Positions 50,923-64,000 of a DNA stretch of 64,000 nt are shown here, piece after piece; within the stretch, counting starts at the first letter, position 1, and the number at the start of each line of letters is the position of its first letter. The notes below the pieces were generated by a model. That model was given only the letters and a program-made list of their open reading frames with translations. It did not search any database and was not told where the DNA came from. Made by a program: the position numbers and the translations under genes. Source of the DNA: Haliotis rubra (Eukaryota); contig NW_025767446.1 of assembly GCF_003918875.1 (NCBI RefSeq), positions 1,736,001-1,800,000 of the forward strand, read 5' to 3'.

Positions 50923-52126
50923 CAGATGAATAATAGGAAAACGTATGAATGTATGGTCATTCTGAAGAACAGACTCAGTTACCCAGTGTATACTCTTTTC
51001 ACTCACTTTTTGTATAAATACCTGACATCCATGGCTTCGTGTAGGAAGTGACGTCATTACGTGCATCTCTCGATTTCTTATCGCTCACCCCTGCGCGTTT
51101 CTTTCTCATGCGCGTTGTATGGTAGCAATTCTATATTATGCTTCAAATCCAATTTTCGGTGTCGAATGGGCTCCGGGTATATAGGAAAACAGATGGTATA
51201 GGAATGTAATTATGAAAATAGATAAATTAATATAACATATCGCACCCTGATATTTAGGAAATTTCTAAATGGGTCCACTAATTACTTCAAGCAAGTACCG
51301 GTATGCACAATATATTTTAAGAGCGTATATTCATCGGTAGAATAATGATAAATATACCATGACAAAAATTACGAATCCTCAATGCACGTCTATAGCGTTA
51401 TTTTTGAAACCTTTTTTCACTAAAATGCAATTATTTTATTTTGTGATAATATATGCATGTTTGAACTGATCATGATATGAATAAATATAGATGTACGATT
51501 ACACATTACGCTTATCGATTGATTTAAACTCTCCGTCATTTCTATCAGGTCATAAACAAGCACTTATAAATATAATCGCTATCGCTCACGGCACCCCGGA
51601 AATGAGCAATGACGTCACGATAAGGAATTCCTCTGTACGTGCTGAACGGAGGCTTCCAACCCTCGGATGACCTTGGCGCTCCTGGTGGGTTACATCGCAA
51701 TGACAGCATTCGCAGAGGAAACACCGACTGCGACGTTGACAGTTTTTTCAGAAGCGGTCCAAGTGAAATCAGTGACTCATTTTATGTATGTATGGATAGG
51801 TCTGATTACTATGTGGCATAAATGTTTAGCCTAAGCGATGGGGAATTCCCTCGAAAATAACAAGTGGCGCCACAAGGAGATTCATTATATACATGGAGAT
51901 ATAATTAGAAGGGATCTAACCCGCTAGGTAAGCTATTTTGCATTTTGTTTGCTTATTGTATTTTATGTAACACGTGTAAGCGTGTTTATGGAGTGAAAAT
52001 AGTGTAAGTGAGTGAGTTGTGACATTACATGAGATTTACTGGATAATAATGAAACCGGTTTGTGTATTTCGTCATGCAAGCGTCACACTTAATAGGCTGT
52101 CGATGATAATATATCTGCTGACTTTA

Positions 52127-52256
52127 TATACTCATGCCAATAATGGTTGTCACCCCCTTCATTTTTTTTAATTGGAGAGGGGATGTGGGGTGGGGTTGTG
52201 AGGTGTGTGGGGGTTGGGGTGGGGAGGGGGTGACAACCATTATTGGCATGAGTATA
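52127..52256. mobile_element. Tiny Tc1-type MITE with perfect inverted arms and a G-rich spacer
   Basis: 34-bp perfect inverted repeat including flanking TA (52125-52158 / 52225-52258): TATATACTCATGCCAATAATGGTTGTCACCCCCT. Confidence 0.8.
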
Positions 52257-52263
52257 TATGTGC

Positions 52264-52818
52264 ACGTATGAAGTTAATACCGCAGCATGTATGTAGTACG
52301 TCTGCTAGTATGTAGGTAGAATGACAATATTTTTTACGTGTAAACGGCAATTTGCCATATGTGTAACTGCAGTTACGTATGAAGTTAATACCGCAGCATG
52401 CATGTAATACGTCTGCTAGTACGTAGGTAGAATGACAATATTCTTTACGTGTAAACGGCAATTTGCCATATGTGTAACTGCAGTTACGTATGAAGTTAAT
52501 ACCGCAGCATGCATGTAATACGTCTGCTAGTATGTAGGTAGAATGACAATATTCTTTACGTGTAAACGGCAATTTGCCATATGTGTAACTGCAGTTACGT
52601 ATGAAGTTAATACCGCAGCATGCATGTAGTACGTCTGCTAGTATGTAGGTAGAATGACAATATGTTTTACGTGTAAACGGCAATTTGCCATATGTGTAAC
52701 TGCAGTTACGTATGAAGTTAATACCGCAGCATGCATGTAATACGTCTGCTAGTACGTAGGTAGAATGACAATATGTTTTACGTGTAAACGGCAATTTGCC
52801 ATATGTGTAACTGCAGTT
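52264..52818. repeat. 111-bp minisatellite, 5 near-identical copies
   Basis: ACGTATGAAGTTAATACCGCAGCATG recurs at 52264, 52375, 52486, 52597 and 52708. Confidence 0.95.
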
Positions 52819-52938
52819 CAATGGATGATACATACACGTTTTCACGTCGTTGTATACTATACAAAAATCATGTTACTTCGGTTTTTAGTTTTAGACGAAC
52901 ATGATGGAAACATATTTATCTTTGGAGTTGTTACCGAC

Positions 52939-53281
52939 TATAGTCTGTTTGCAGTGAAAACGTACTGATGAATTTCACTTTAGACAGTAAATCGTATAGA
53001 GTGAAATTAAGACAATTTTACCTTGCCAACTGAACATATAAATCTCAGAATTGTATTCAACATAGGATAAAAATTGTTCAACAAACGATCATAGTTTCAG
53101 ATCGCTATTATTGGTTTGTGTTACAAGGGGGTATGCGCATCAAACGAAACACCGAGAACAATTAGGGATGGTCTAAGTTGCACGTGCATTTGTTTCACTT
53201 TTCCAACTACTGCGTTTACCCCCTTGTAATACAAACCAATAATGGCGATCTGAAACTCGTTTTCACTGCAAAGAGACTATA
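52939..53281. mobile_element. DNA element with 24-bp TIRs and a nested long hairpin
   Basis: Outer IR TATAGTCT(G/C)TTTGCAGTGAAAACG; inner ~45-bp IR GTTTCAGATCGC.ATTATTGGTTTGT.TTACAAGGGGGTA (53094-53256) abutting the right TIR. Confidence 0.75.
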
Positions 53282-53339
53282 CAATTATTGTTTTCTCAGT
53301 AAACTTCAGAAGGCATTTGGTTTCTTCCTTGACGACTGA

Positions 53340-53610
53340 CCCGTGAAGATCCGGGGTAGAATACGTCTTCAGCAACCCATTCTTGTCATAAAAGGCGACT
53401 ATGCTTGTCGTAAAAGGCGACTAACTGGATCGGGTGGTCAGGCCCGCTGACTTGGTTGACACATGTCATCGGTTCCCAATTGCGCAGATCGATGCTCATG
53501 CTGTTGATCACTGGATTGCCTGTTCCAGACTCGATTATTTACAGACCGCCGCCATATAGCTGGAATATTGCTGAGTGCGGCGTAAAACTAAACTCACTCA
53601 CTCACTCACT
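53340..53610 (+). mobile_element. Family B retroposon, full length, with an internal 22-bp duplication
   Basis: TSD CCTTGACGACTGA; CTTGTC(A/G)TAAAAGGCGACTA present twice in tandem. Confidence 0.92.
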
Positions 53611-54118
53611 CCTTGACGACTGACGACTGACGACAGACTATATATATGTGGTGACTACGTTAAGTAACAAATACGTGATGAATCTTTTAATGAAGGTTTC
53701 ACTTACATTTGTGGTATGGGATTGTGATAGACTAGAACTAGAACTCTTTTTGAGACTGAAAATGCGCTGAAATATTTTTTATGTCTCTTATGATTCGACA
53801 GCGTTCAGAGTGAGTTAAGTTGTGATCCAAATGGTATTAGTCAATATGTGAAAACCTGACAAAGGTTGTTGTGGACAATTGAGAAGTTACCTGTATGTAA
53901 AGGGTGTGCCAAACGGGATCACATCATAAATGATATACCGGTATGTATAGGTTTAGGGGCGCCATGTATTATAAAATGTTAACTTACGTGTTGAGGATTA
54001 CATATATACCATACAGGTATGCATACGGTTTGAGATCGACACATATCATAAACAAGTTGACGTCTTGAGGTTGTCACACTTCATATACATGTATACAGTC
54101 GTGACATATATATTATAC

Positions 54119-54448
54119 AGGTGAGGTGAGGTGAGGTGAGGTGAAATTGGGTTTTACGTCGTGCTTGAGAATATTTCTCTCATATGACGACGTGCATGCA
54201 TGTGTATGTGTATGTGCGGCTGCTTGTACTAGCCCAGACTTAAGCTGGTTTTATAGTGCTAGCCCACTGAGATACCATGCAGCAGTGAAGCATGAATACC
54301 CCACTCAGTACCCATTAATGCCGAGCGCTAGACAGGGACCAACAAGTACCATATTTTAACGTCTTTTGGTATGACGCGGTCGGGGATCGAACCCGCGACC
54401 TTCCGCTCTCCGGGCGGACGCTCTAAACACTACACCACGGAGGCGGTC
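54119..54448 (-). mobile_element. V-domain SINE (family C)
   Basis: Second copy with an internal deletion; TSD TATTATACAGGT. Confidence 0.85.
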
Positions 54449-54761
54449 TATTATACAGGTATGCACATTGACATTGATACATATAATAAACAGGTATACG
54501 TGTTGCGGTCACCATATTTACATATACACAGGTAAAGCATGAAATCAACGACCTTCATAATGAAGGTAAATGCTTCCTGAAGCAACAAGGAAATGAATTT
54601 AAATGTCAGTGTCAGTAGTATTGCTGTAGCACATGCATCGACTGCACAGCTTTGGAGAAAAGAACGAACACTGGTGCACACAAACAACACCAAAACAATT
54701 AACAGGGATCCGAACCCTACGACCACAGGGCTATCTTAACTTCCTATGTGTGTATTTCCAG

Positions 54762-54881
54762 GGCCCCGTTTCACACGTAAGCCTAAGATCTCGTAACTTT
54801 TCTCGTAGCAATCGTACGTCCTATATTGTAGCATACACTTACGACAGTCGTAGCGCTACGATAGCTTTGTGAAACGGGGTC
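54762..54881. mobile_element. PIF/Harbinger-like MITE
   Basis: TIR G(G/A)CCCCGTTTCACA; 3-bp TSD CAG. Confidence 0.8.
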
Positions 54882-55268
54882 CAGGACGGCTAATAGATCA
54901 ATACTTTTTAAGTTGTATTGCGTTGTGCAAGTCTACATTTCTTGCTTGAGATATGCATGCATATTGTCCTATCACATGTGCACATGTGCGTGGTGACAAT
55001 GTTGCTATGCCGTAACGTACATTCCAAGGTAGTTGGTGCACAGCGAAGAACGAACCTTCTATGTTGTGACTCAGTTTATGCTGGTGTATAAGTAGACATT
55101 GATAAAATTATTTGATATGGAAGGCTGTGGAATGTGACCGCAAAGTGGATATAGCTGTTTGCTTTGTCTTTCAGAGTAGCTGCGTCATGCAATAGAGTTT
55201 CTCATCTCATCTGTTGGGTTAAGACGTGTTGTATTCTGAAGGTTGTGTGAACGTGATTAAACGTCATC

Positions 55269-58200
55269 ATGAACAGAATGTTAGTGTGGATGTTACTGAT
55301 TAGGTCTACGTCATGTCACTCAACGGAGGTGACGAGACCGTCGTCAACTGAGACGGCGTCTTTCGATGCGACCAGCGAGACCTCTCTGGATGATATGTTC
55401 ATGGGTACTGTCCTGTCACAGAGGCGTACAACAAGCAGGACAACAGTCACAGGTCACATTGACCTTGACCCCACGGAGAAAGGTCATCACCATGATGACC
55501 TCACAGGGAGGACCAGTTCAAGGTCGGGTCAGTTTGGGATTTTACCTCTCTTCTTCCCTCCTGTATGGGCGGGAATCATCCAGGCCGGTAGAGACATCTA
55601 CAGCTACAACGTCAGTGACGACTGTAAGGTAGAACTTTACCACTACGCCGTGGACCTTCAACGCAGGAAGGAATGGGCCATTAACAGTAAGTGGTATGGT
55701 ACGGATGTTAATAGTGAGCCCGTGCAGTATCTCTTCAGCTTAACGTTTGTGACATCACATATTTTGTTTCTACAAAATCTTGTAAACTAAAAATAATCGC
55801 AATAGCATTATTTTACTATATATGAGACATTGATTCCGTAGAGATCATAAGGAAATGTCATCTAAATCGATATGTAGTGTGAAAACAAGTTGAGTTAACG
55901 AGGTTTATTCGTATTTCTTGCATAAGGGTTCTTGTGGTAAGAGATTATTTTTTAGGTTTTTTATCATGTAATCTACAGATTTGCTCTGTCTTGGCGCTAT
56001 ACATTTTAGGATAATCTCCAGTTATGATTTGCAGTTCCGATCGATTACATTAGTAGTCTTGGTACATACCTTGCCCAAATGGTAACAAGATCGTTATTGC
56101 AAGCGGACTGAATCTGAGCAAACACGCTACAAACACGCTACTTCTTACCAAGTAAACCTATTGTGGCCTAAGGGGCGGTGGGGTAGCCTAGTGGTTAAAG
56201 CGTTGGCTCGTCACGCCGAAGACCCGGGTTCGAATCCCCACATGGGTACAATGTGTGAAGCCCATTTCTGGTGTCCCCCGCCGTGATATTGCTGGAATAT
56301 TGCTAAAAGCGGCGTAAAACCAAACTCAGTCAGTCAGTAATGTGCCCTAATATTAAGTGTCTGATGCCACTGATGCTGATGCTGATGCTGATGCCATCAC
56401 ATTGTTGAAATGAACAGACAAACGTTAGTACACGTTTTGAATGCAATTAGTTAAACTTTCTTTCATCCCTTCCAAGAATATATATATAATATATCACAGT
56501 GACCCTTACCTACAAAGAATCGACACTACTGTTTATCGCAGGACTGAAAGTGTTCTGTGCCTGTGGAGGACGAAGGTTGTACACGGTCAGGTCATGTTGT
56601 CTTTAACGCGAGTGACACTTTACATGTTTAAATTAACGCTTTTAAATTGCATGGCGTGACTGACTGCTGTATGCTTACTCTGATGTTTGTTTAGAAAGAT
56701 ATGAATGCCTGTGCTCTGAGAAATTAGGAATCGTTTCTTAAAATACTATGTAGGTCAGCGGTATTTGTCATATATGCAGTAATGCTGTCCTTGCCCATTA
56801 TTTGACAGATATGCTCCGAGCAATCGTAAATCGTAAATCGCCCTCGTCGACTTTCAAATTCCATTGCAGACATTACGTAGTGTTGAAAGCTGCACGTTCG
56901 ACACGGGAACCTGTAATAGCCCGACGAATTCCCAATTGTGAACTGTAATTGGTCTATTCTGGCCTTTTAACGGACACCTGGTGTCATTTTCAGTAATCCA
57001 TGCATAAATGTTTGTTCATATTTACCTCTAACTTGTAGTGTATGATGCGACTGGTAAACAAGGTCCTGGGCTAATCAAGGGATCAGTCACGTGGCATGGA
57101 AACTACGACCAATGTGTAAACGTTCGACACTCATTGCCATCACATGACACAGGAAGTGACGTCATGAAGGAAATACAGGCACAGTACTGCTCGGCTACAT
57201 TTGATATCCCAGGATGGCTGGAGGACTATATAGCTGATCAGGTGATTACTTGTGCATTGCAAATTCCTCGTGTTCCTTCCCTACCGTGATATTACCTTGG
57301 CTAATGCAACAAGTGGGATAAAAGGCGACACACACGCCCACTTCACATAATATGATATGATATATATGTATAACAATTGCAAATGTTAGAGTGAACATTT
57401 TATTATTTGCAATTTTGAAACAGCGTTCTCATATTGCTTATGATATTACGCCGTTTCAACCAATATGTCACGGCGATAGTGCCTATTTATCTTCATACAG
57501 TGTACGGGCGAACACTTTAACCAAAGCTAACAAACGCCAGATAACAATATACTCGTCGTAATAAATAGAATGATATCGTAAATAGCCTGACACACACGGT
57601 GAATGAATGAATGAGTGAGTGAGATTATAACTATGAATATAGTTATGATGTAATTATGACGCAAATTCCTACACTTGGCAAAAAGTAAGAGGATCAACAT
57701 TCATATATGATCATGATTCATAGTTACGATCCCTATCGTAATACAATGGCAAGTTACCAGTGCATTCATAATATATGATGACATTTTCCATCATGGCGTT
57801 GTCTCCTGCAGCACCTGCCGTTCCCCATGCACCTGCCGCACCTGACTGTGGACATCTGCATCCCTCCTGGCTGTGTGGAGGATGATCTCACCACCATCAT
57901 CAACACATGTAGGTATTTACAGGTGTTTCTATTTTATACATTTTGGCAGGCTACTTCTTTGGCAGCTGACAAATGGAATGGAATTGTTTGTGGAGGTGCT
58001 GTCCTCATATTCAAGTTCGTGGTTATCGAACCATGGATACATTACACATTAGATAGTCTCTATTATCATTTCAAGACGATCGGAACAGAAATTCTGAGTG
58101 GAGGCTACAAACGGAATTTCACAGTTGGATACATTGCAAGCTGCGAGTAATAGTATATATTTTTTTAATATTTTGTTTCAGATAAGAACCAGTCAGAAAC

Positions 58201-61200
58201 TAAGATAAGTTTGGTCAGCATCACGTGTCACGAGGACTTGCGACTTGTTGACGACGCCGCGGCCATATTCTCTGTGTGAGTATATTGTGAGTGTATAACA
58301 GGTGAACGTATCCCGCCCAACACGGGGCACTCGTTACAAACACATTCAAAGGCAAGGTCAATTTTTCACAATTCATAGACAAATGCATCTTCTTTAAAGG
58401 GGCACTGGTGACATAACCGCGTAAGACGTCACACTTCGCTGTGATAGCTTGCTGAAAAAGTCATACGTTAAGAATATACATTAATATATATACAGTAAAA
58501 CCAGAAATTATTGAGAATTTAAGATTGTAATTTTATTTTATTTTTCACTCCTTACTCACGTATTAAATGTGAATATTAGCAGAACATAACTCCAGATTCA
58601 AATACAGGTGAACAGTTGTCCAGTCACCATGGGTAGCAATGCAGGCTTCATTGCGGCGGGGCATACTACTGACCCAATATCGGACCACCTCTTCTTTCAT
58701 TTCAGAAATATTTGTCAGATTATTCTTATTGACACTTTCCTTCATAAGTCCCCAAACATTTTCTATTGGATTTAGGTCAGGGCTATAGCCTGGCCAATCT
58801 AATAATGTCATATTTTGGGTCCGAAACCAGGCCTGTGAATGCTTTGAACGATGTTTTGGGTCGTTGTCCTGCTGGAAGATCAAAAAAATTTCCATAGAAC
58901 ACGTGAGCAGATGGAAGTAAATGTCCCTCGAGAATATCTGTGTACCGCTCACTGTTCATATTCCCTTCAAATACACAGAGGGGCGTTGCCCTAACACAGA
59001 TATGCCACCTCACACGTTAAATTTCGGACTGTACTTTGGGCGCTGATACAAAGGTTTTTCAGCTTGTTTGGTCCAGAATTTCAGTGTATTAGGTAACAGC
59101 CACACAGAACTTTCATTTGAGGAAATCACATTGTCCCAGTAAAAATTTCTATGCTGTAAGCACCAGTTCAACCTTCGCTCCTTTTGTTCAGGTTTCATGA
59201 TCGGTGCTGGAATTCCTCGACTTTTCTGCCAACCCATTGCATGCAGCTCAGTTCTAATTGTCTCCTTACAGACAGTCACAGTTCCTCTATCAATCATATT
59301 CAGCCTTAAGTTTTCTAAACTCCTTCGTTTGTTTTTAGAAACAATAATAACCAAGCCGCCTCCTGTCTCATACTATACTTTATAAAAGAACAGCACGACA
59401 TTTATATTATCACAGATTACATTACATCATTTGAAAGTGCCAGGACATTATTCAATAACACAATATTACACAGGGCCCACACCCTTAGATTCTAATTCGC
59501 CCGGGATTTGTAAGCACTTCATTCGAGTTCCTGTGTCTCAACAACATGGAAAACATCACTTTGAGCTTTCGTCTTAAGCAGACACGCCCTGATATGATTT
59601 ATCCATTCAACGACTAACGAAAGATCATAATGAAATACCCCCCATTGTCGTCATTTCAGATGCGTCCTGGGTTTAATTGCATCTTTAGTTTTCTTCGGAA
59701 GCATGGTGACTGTCATTGTAAAGCTGACAACTCCAAAGGGAGAGGTTGAGACAACGACCCTCGTTGGATTCTTCAGCAGTCGGGGAAGCATCTTCTCCAC
59801 TGCACGTCGCAACAGCATGCACTTCTCACGCTGGGGTAGCACCCGCTCAAAACGGGAAAGCAATCACTATCGCCTTGATAGTGTGTCTTCAGACTCGCCT
59901 TACTCTGCGGATCAACCTGACGTCGTTGAGGTTGGAGAAAGGTCCGCTAACGTGATCGAAACATGCCTCACAGAAGGAGATCGGGAGGCGACACACATGG
60001 CCATGAGGGAAGAGGGCCGTTCACGTCAGGTACGTTCACAAGGAATTTGCCCAAATAAAACCAAAGTTACTGGCCATTACAGTAAGAACAAAGTACGGAA
60101 AGATTGCATTTTAACCACTGACCTCCTTAAACCTTGTCATTTATGGTATTAAGAAAACATTATTCATCAAATCCCATCAACAATCAGTGGCCAGTACCAC
60201 ACATAACGAAACAACCTAAAATAGTTTGATTTGTTTGCTGTTTAACGCCACACTCAGAAATATTCCGGCTATATTCCGGCGGTCTGTAAGTAGTCGAGTC
60301 TGGGCCAGACTATCCAATGATCAACAGCACGAGCTTCGATCTACCTGAAACACATTCTTAAATTGTGGACTAAGCATAAATGACAAAACCTTAGAGACAT
60401 ACATAGTATTTGATTTATAATATTCAATTGCAGCATGTCAACGAACTGCCAGTAACTTCTCCGTCAGTCAGGATGGAACGCCTGGAGCATAAGCAAAATA
60501 TACAGATCGAAGAAGCCCAGTTTAAAACAGGCACGCGGAAATTAGGTGAGTCTCATCAATGACGATGTTAAACCCCAGTGTCTTTCTTCCGAATCTCACT
60601 TATATCGCATTCATATTATGATCATCCAACACTGAAGTACACGTTTTTGGTTCAGGTGGTGTGATCACGGATATGATCCTGTGCTTCTCCTTCCCCACCA
60701 ACGTCACCTCGGTGCTAGGAGAAGGAAACACGAACCTTTTGTTCTGTCTCAGTGGAGTTCGCTTCCTCTCCATCTCCTGGATTGTCATGGGCAACTGCCT
60801 CAGCTTCATCCATAAAGCTCCTGACAGTGTTGGTAAGGATTCGAAAGTGGGTGGGTCAGTAAGGTTTGACGACGCTTTTAGCAATATTCCAGCAATATCA
60901 CGACAGGGGACACCAGAAATTGGCTTCACACATTGTACCCATACGGGGAATCGAACCCGGGTCTTCGGCGTGAGGAGCGAACGCTTTAATCACTAGACTA
61001 TCCCACCGCCCCGTGTTTAGTGAAAAGTTTAGAAAAGATGCTATGTTTGAAATCAGTGCAGATTATTTTACTAGCAAGATTATTTATTTATTAAATATTC
61101 AGATGTTTCTATACGTCTCAGATACTTTGATGCGGTTTCATTGGTATAATCTGTGATGATTTGTTTAATATGGTACCATAGGTAGAGATCTAAATATGGC

Positions 61201-62859
61201 TCAAACTTAATTGGACTATTTTTGGAACCACAAGAACATCAGTTAGTTCACAAATCATCATAACTTTTTAATGCCGCATTTATTGGCAATTGGCCCTTAA
61301 CCAAGAGTCACATACCATAAGGAAGTATAAATAAAATAGCTTCTTTCTCTTCAGAAAACAGTGTAACTGGTGTGGAATTAGCACAGAGTTTCTGGTTTCA
61401 AGCCATTATCAACTGTACCTTCGCTGCCGACACTTTCTTTATACTCAGGTGATGGTACAACAATTCGTGTTCATGAAATGCCATATAAATTACTAAGCGA
61501 AGGCATTCATATCTCAGTACCTCAATACCTGGCCCAAACTTTATACACTTAAAAGATTACTTTGTTCAAAGAAAGCTAAATATGTTAAAGATTTGTCAAA
61601 ATTTATTAAATGTTTCAATAGAAGTTTAGATATAAATACATGTAATTAAATGTTTGTATCATTCTCTAATGGCACCCTTGTATATATGAATATGTATGCA
61701 TATTGTATTGTACATTATCCTGTCTCAATTATATCTCTCCAATGCCATCTTGGTGTATATATGTATATAAGTTGTTTTCCACTCCACTCATGTACCACCG
61801 TTGGTGGAAGTTGAAACCTTCAAACCTTCACAATTTACTGCAAATGTAAACATTATTTTTGGAAAAACTAATAAATATAACATCTTGACATCTGAACTTG
61901 CGAAGATTGTATGTTAAAGTCAGCGTAGATTCCTCGTTTAAATTTAGTTTTAAATAAAAAATTGTCACGTCTTGTCCAATTTAAACGACACACCCTAACA
62001 CGATTTGTAATTGATCTTATAGCGGCACATTGCTGTCCTACACCTTCCTAAGGGGAATTGAAAGGAAGACTGCTGCAGGAAAGAAATTCACCGTCACACC
62101 AAAGTTCATCTTTCTCTTCTATCTTCATCGTATTATCAGGTAATGACAGAAATTCTTTCAGCAGTATGGTTATAATATGTGTGATCTCTTGCTCCGCGTA
62201 ATAGAGGAGGTAAAGTGATGAATTGCTTTCACAATCGTTGATCATATGGAACTATTCTAAAGTATATGGAAACGTCATTTGTTTGTCGCCACGTACAAGA
62301 AACACCATGTTATATGATTATGGAAGCTTCCGTCATTATGTGGTGTGGAGAGCGGAAGGTCGCGGGTTCGATCCCCGACCGCGTCATACCAAAAGACGTT
62401 AAAATATGGTACTTGTTGGTCCCTGCCTGGCGCTCTGCATTAATGGGTACAACAAGGACTGGTCGGCTCGGAGTCAGTATAATGTGTCTGAGTGGGGTAT
62501 TCATGCTTCACTGCGGCATGGTAACTCAGTGGGCTAGCACTATAAAACCAGCTTCAGTCTGGGCTAGTACAAGCAGCCGCACATACACATACATGCACGT
62601 CGTCATATGAGAGAAATATTCTCAAGCACGACGTTAAACCCAATTGCACCTCACCTCACCTTATTATGTGATGTCAGTTGTTCATCATCAAGGCGTATGA
62701 TGTACCATTTCTATTTAACAGTTCTTCATGTTTCCGTTGACTTACACATTAATATTGTTGAAATGTATATTTTGCTTTCTGGTCAGTCAGTTCTTGCATT
62801 TTAATTTGAAATACAATAATCAAAAACGTTACGGATCATGAATACTTTAAGAATGTTTT

Positions 62860-62939
<80 letters not shown>

Positions 62940-63584
62940 AGGTCATTCCTGCAAAACATATCCCCCAAAATATGAGTGATCCCTAACTTTCTTTTGTTAA
63001 GTATGTATGGAATTAGGACACATATTTTAGAGAGTCATTTTTGTAATGGTAGTGAAATGTGCAAAACATAATATAAACAGAGTTGAAGAAAGATTTGGAC
63101 TCTTACATTTTTGTTCATCAAAGATGATCATCTTGTTTAGAATATGGCCGTGTTACCTGGTTGTAGTGATGATCTTCACCAACATACTGCCCTACATGGG
63201 GGACGGACCTCGCTGGAAGTATGTCACTACCGCCATCAACCAGTGCAAGGACCACTGGTGGGCTAACGTCTTCTTCTTCAGCAACTTCTACAAGGCAGAT
63301 GAAATGGTGAGAGAATGATGTGGCCGCATATCTTGCTGTCTTTCCTCACCACTTACGTCTGATCTGTTTCAAGTGCCTTTTATATTTGTTTGTCTGTTTG
63401 TTAGTCGATTTTATAGATCCTTAACTGTTTTTTTTGTAGATCCTTCAACTACAAATTAGGATAGATCGTTTCGGTGTGTTCAACTCTCCTTTTTCTTGTT
63501 GTAGTGTATGACCTGGACATACTACTTGGTCAACGACTTCCAGTTCTATCTCATCTCCCCATTCATACTGATACCTCTTGTCAG
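55269..63584 (+). CDS. NRF-6-like acyltransferase-3 membrane protein, copy B (first 11 exons; gene continues beyond window)
   Basis: Exons 55269-55686, 57039-57241, 57812-57908, 58182-58275, 59660-60029, 60434-60545, 60656-60832, 61355-61448, 62023-62139, 63141-63306, 63505-63584. All GT-AG, open frame throughout. Same intron phases and mostly identical exon lengths (97, 94, 177, 94, 117, 166, 80) as copy A. Confidence 0.92.
56172..56338 (+). mobile_element. tRNA-derived SINE family A, near-consensus copy
   Basis: Intact A box TAGCCTAGTGG and B box GGTTCGAATCC; (CAGT)n tail; imperfect TSD A(T/A)TGTG(G/C)CCTAA. Confidence 0.92.
58493..59360 (-). mobile_element. Tc1-like transposon fragment (5'-truncated, decayed) in NRF-6 copy B intron 4
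   Basis: RLNWCLQHRNFYWDNVISSNESS, FEGNMNSERYTDILEGHLLPSA, FQQDNDPKHRSK...WPGYSPDLNPIENVWGLMK. One end is TA|CAGTAAAACC at 58493; no matching second TIR seen. Confidence 0.88.
60846..61012 (-). mobile_element. tRNA-derived SINE family A just after NRF-6 copy B exon 7
   Basis: Full reverse copy about 14 nt from the splice donor. Confidence 0.85.
62345..62660 (+). mobile_element. V-domain SINE (family C), 5'-truncated
   Basis: Third copy, starts mid-tRNA head; imperfect TSD ATTATGTG(G/A)TGT. Confidence 0.85.
62862..62937. repeat. (TG)n microsatellite
   Basis: Direct reading. Confidence 0.95.
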
Positions 63585-64000
63585 GTAAGACCTTCAGTTA
63601 CCTCCCTTTCTTTATGGCTCGTCGATGTTCATGGTATTTGTTATGCTGAATTTATAACACTGTGTGGAAAGAAGGACAATTGTTTGACACGTACATAACC
63701 TTATTTGCAAACTTAAACTTTGTGTAGGTAAACACAAAAGAACAAAACATGTTCTCACAGTAAACTACGGTCATAACGAACTCAAAGGGACTGCTAATGT
63801 TACAATCATAGTTTGTTAAAGCATTTCGACCATCATATACAGCAAGGATTCGGGACCGAATATAACTATAACAGTTCTTTAAATCTACTTGTTCGTTATA
63901 TCCTCTAGTTCTGTATAAGCGGGTATTGTGACAAACGTAGTTTATGGTATTATATAGGGCATATATGTACGCCATGATAAATTCTTGAAAACATTTTTCC

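Noticed and set aside
52264-52818. CRISPR array, or a 201-aa Cys-rich protein gene
   Set aside because: Units are contiguous with no unique spacers, in a eukaryotic context. The ORF follows from a stop-free unit whose length is divisible by 3.
56172-56243. tRNA gene (Asp-like, GTC at the anticodon position)
   Set aside because: No acceptor-stem pairing; continues into a multi-copy SINE body with a tail and TSD.
62266-62610. ORFs of 60-120 aa overlapping SINE copies (also 50631-51066, 2334-2528, 11436-11624)
   Set aside because: Chance frames within non-coding repeats.

Overview
AT-rich, intron-rich animal genomic DNA. The SINE repertoire suggests a mollusc, possibly abalone-like (recalled, not searched). 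Four genes can be reconstructed by hand: (1) a two-coding-exon heparan-sulfate 6-O-sulfotransferase-like gene (minus, 5387-6790) that appears to need a GC-AG intron and has degenerate PAPS-binding/catalytic motifs; (2) an intact 8-exon HUS1 gene (minus, 18336-24909, 287 aa); (3, 4) a tandem pair of NRF-6-like acyltransferase-3 genes (plus, 27916-42015 with an apparent frameshift in exon 5; and 55269 to beyond the window end). Both NRF-6 copies carry the same His-to-Asn change in the AT3 R-X10-H motif and show patchy, gene-conversion-like identity. The rest is dense in repeats: a tRNA-headed SINE, a V-domain SINE, a 5S-rRNA-headed SINE3, a CORE-type SINE, two decayed Tc1/mariner elements, several MITEs, an L2 3' fragment, minisatellites and a 168-nt assembly gap. 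The most interesting signal is an abundant ~245-bp retroposon with no Pol III head. Its full-length copies start at CCCGTGAAG, and its first ~70 nt can fold into a double pseudoknot supported by compensatory changes between copies. It is a candidate self-cleaving ribozyme or 5'-protective RNA structure.
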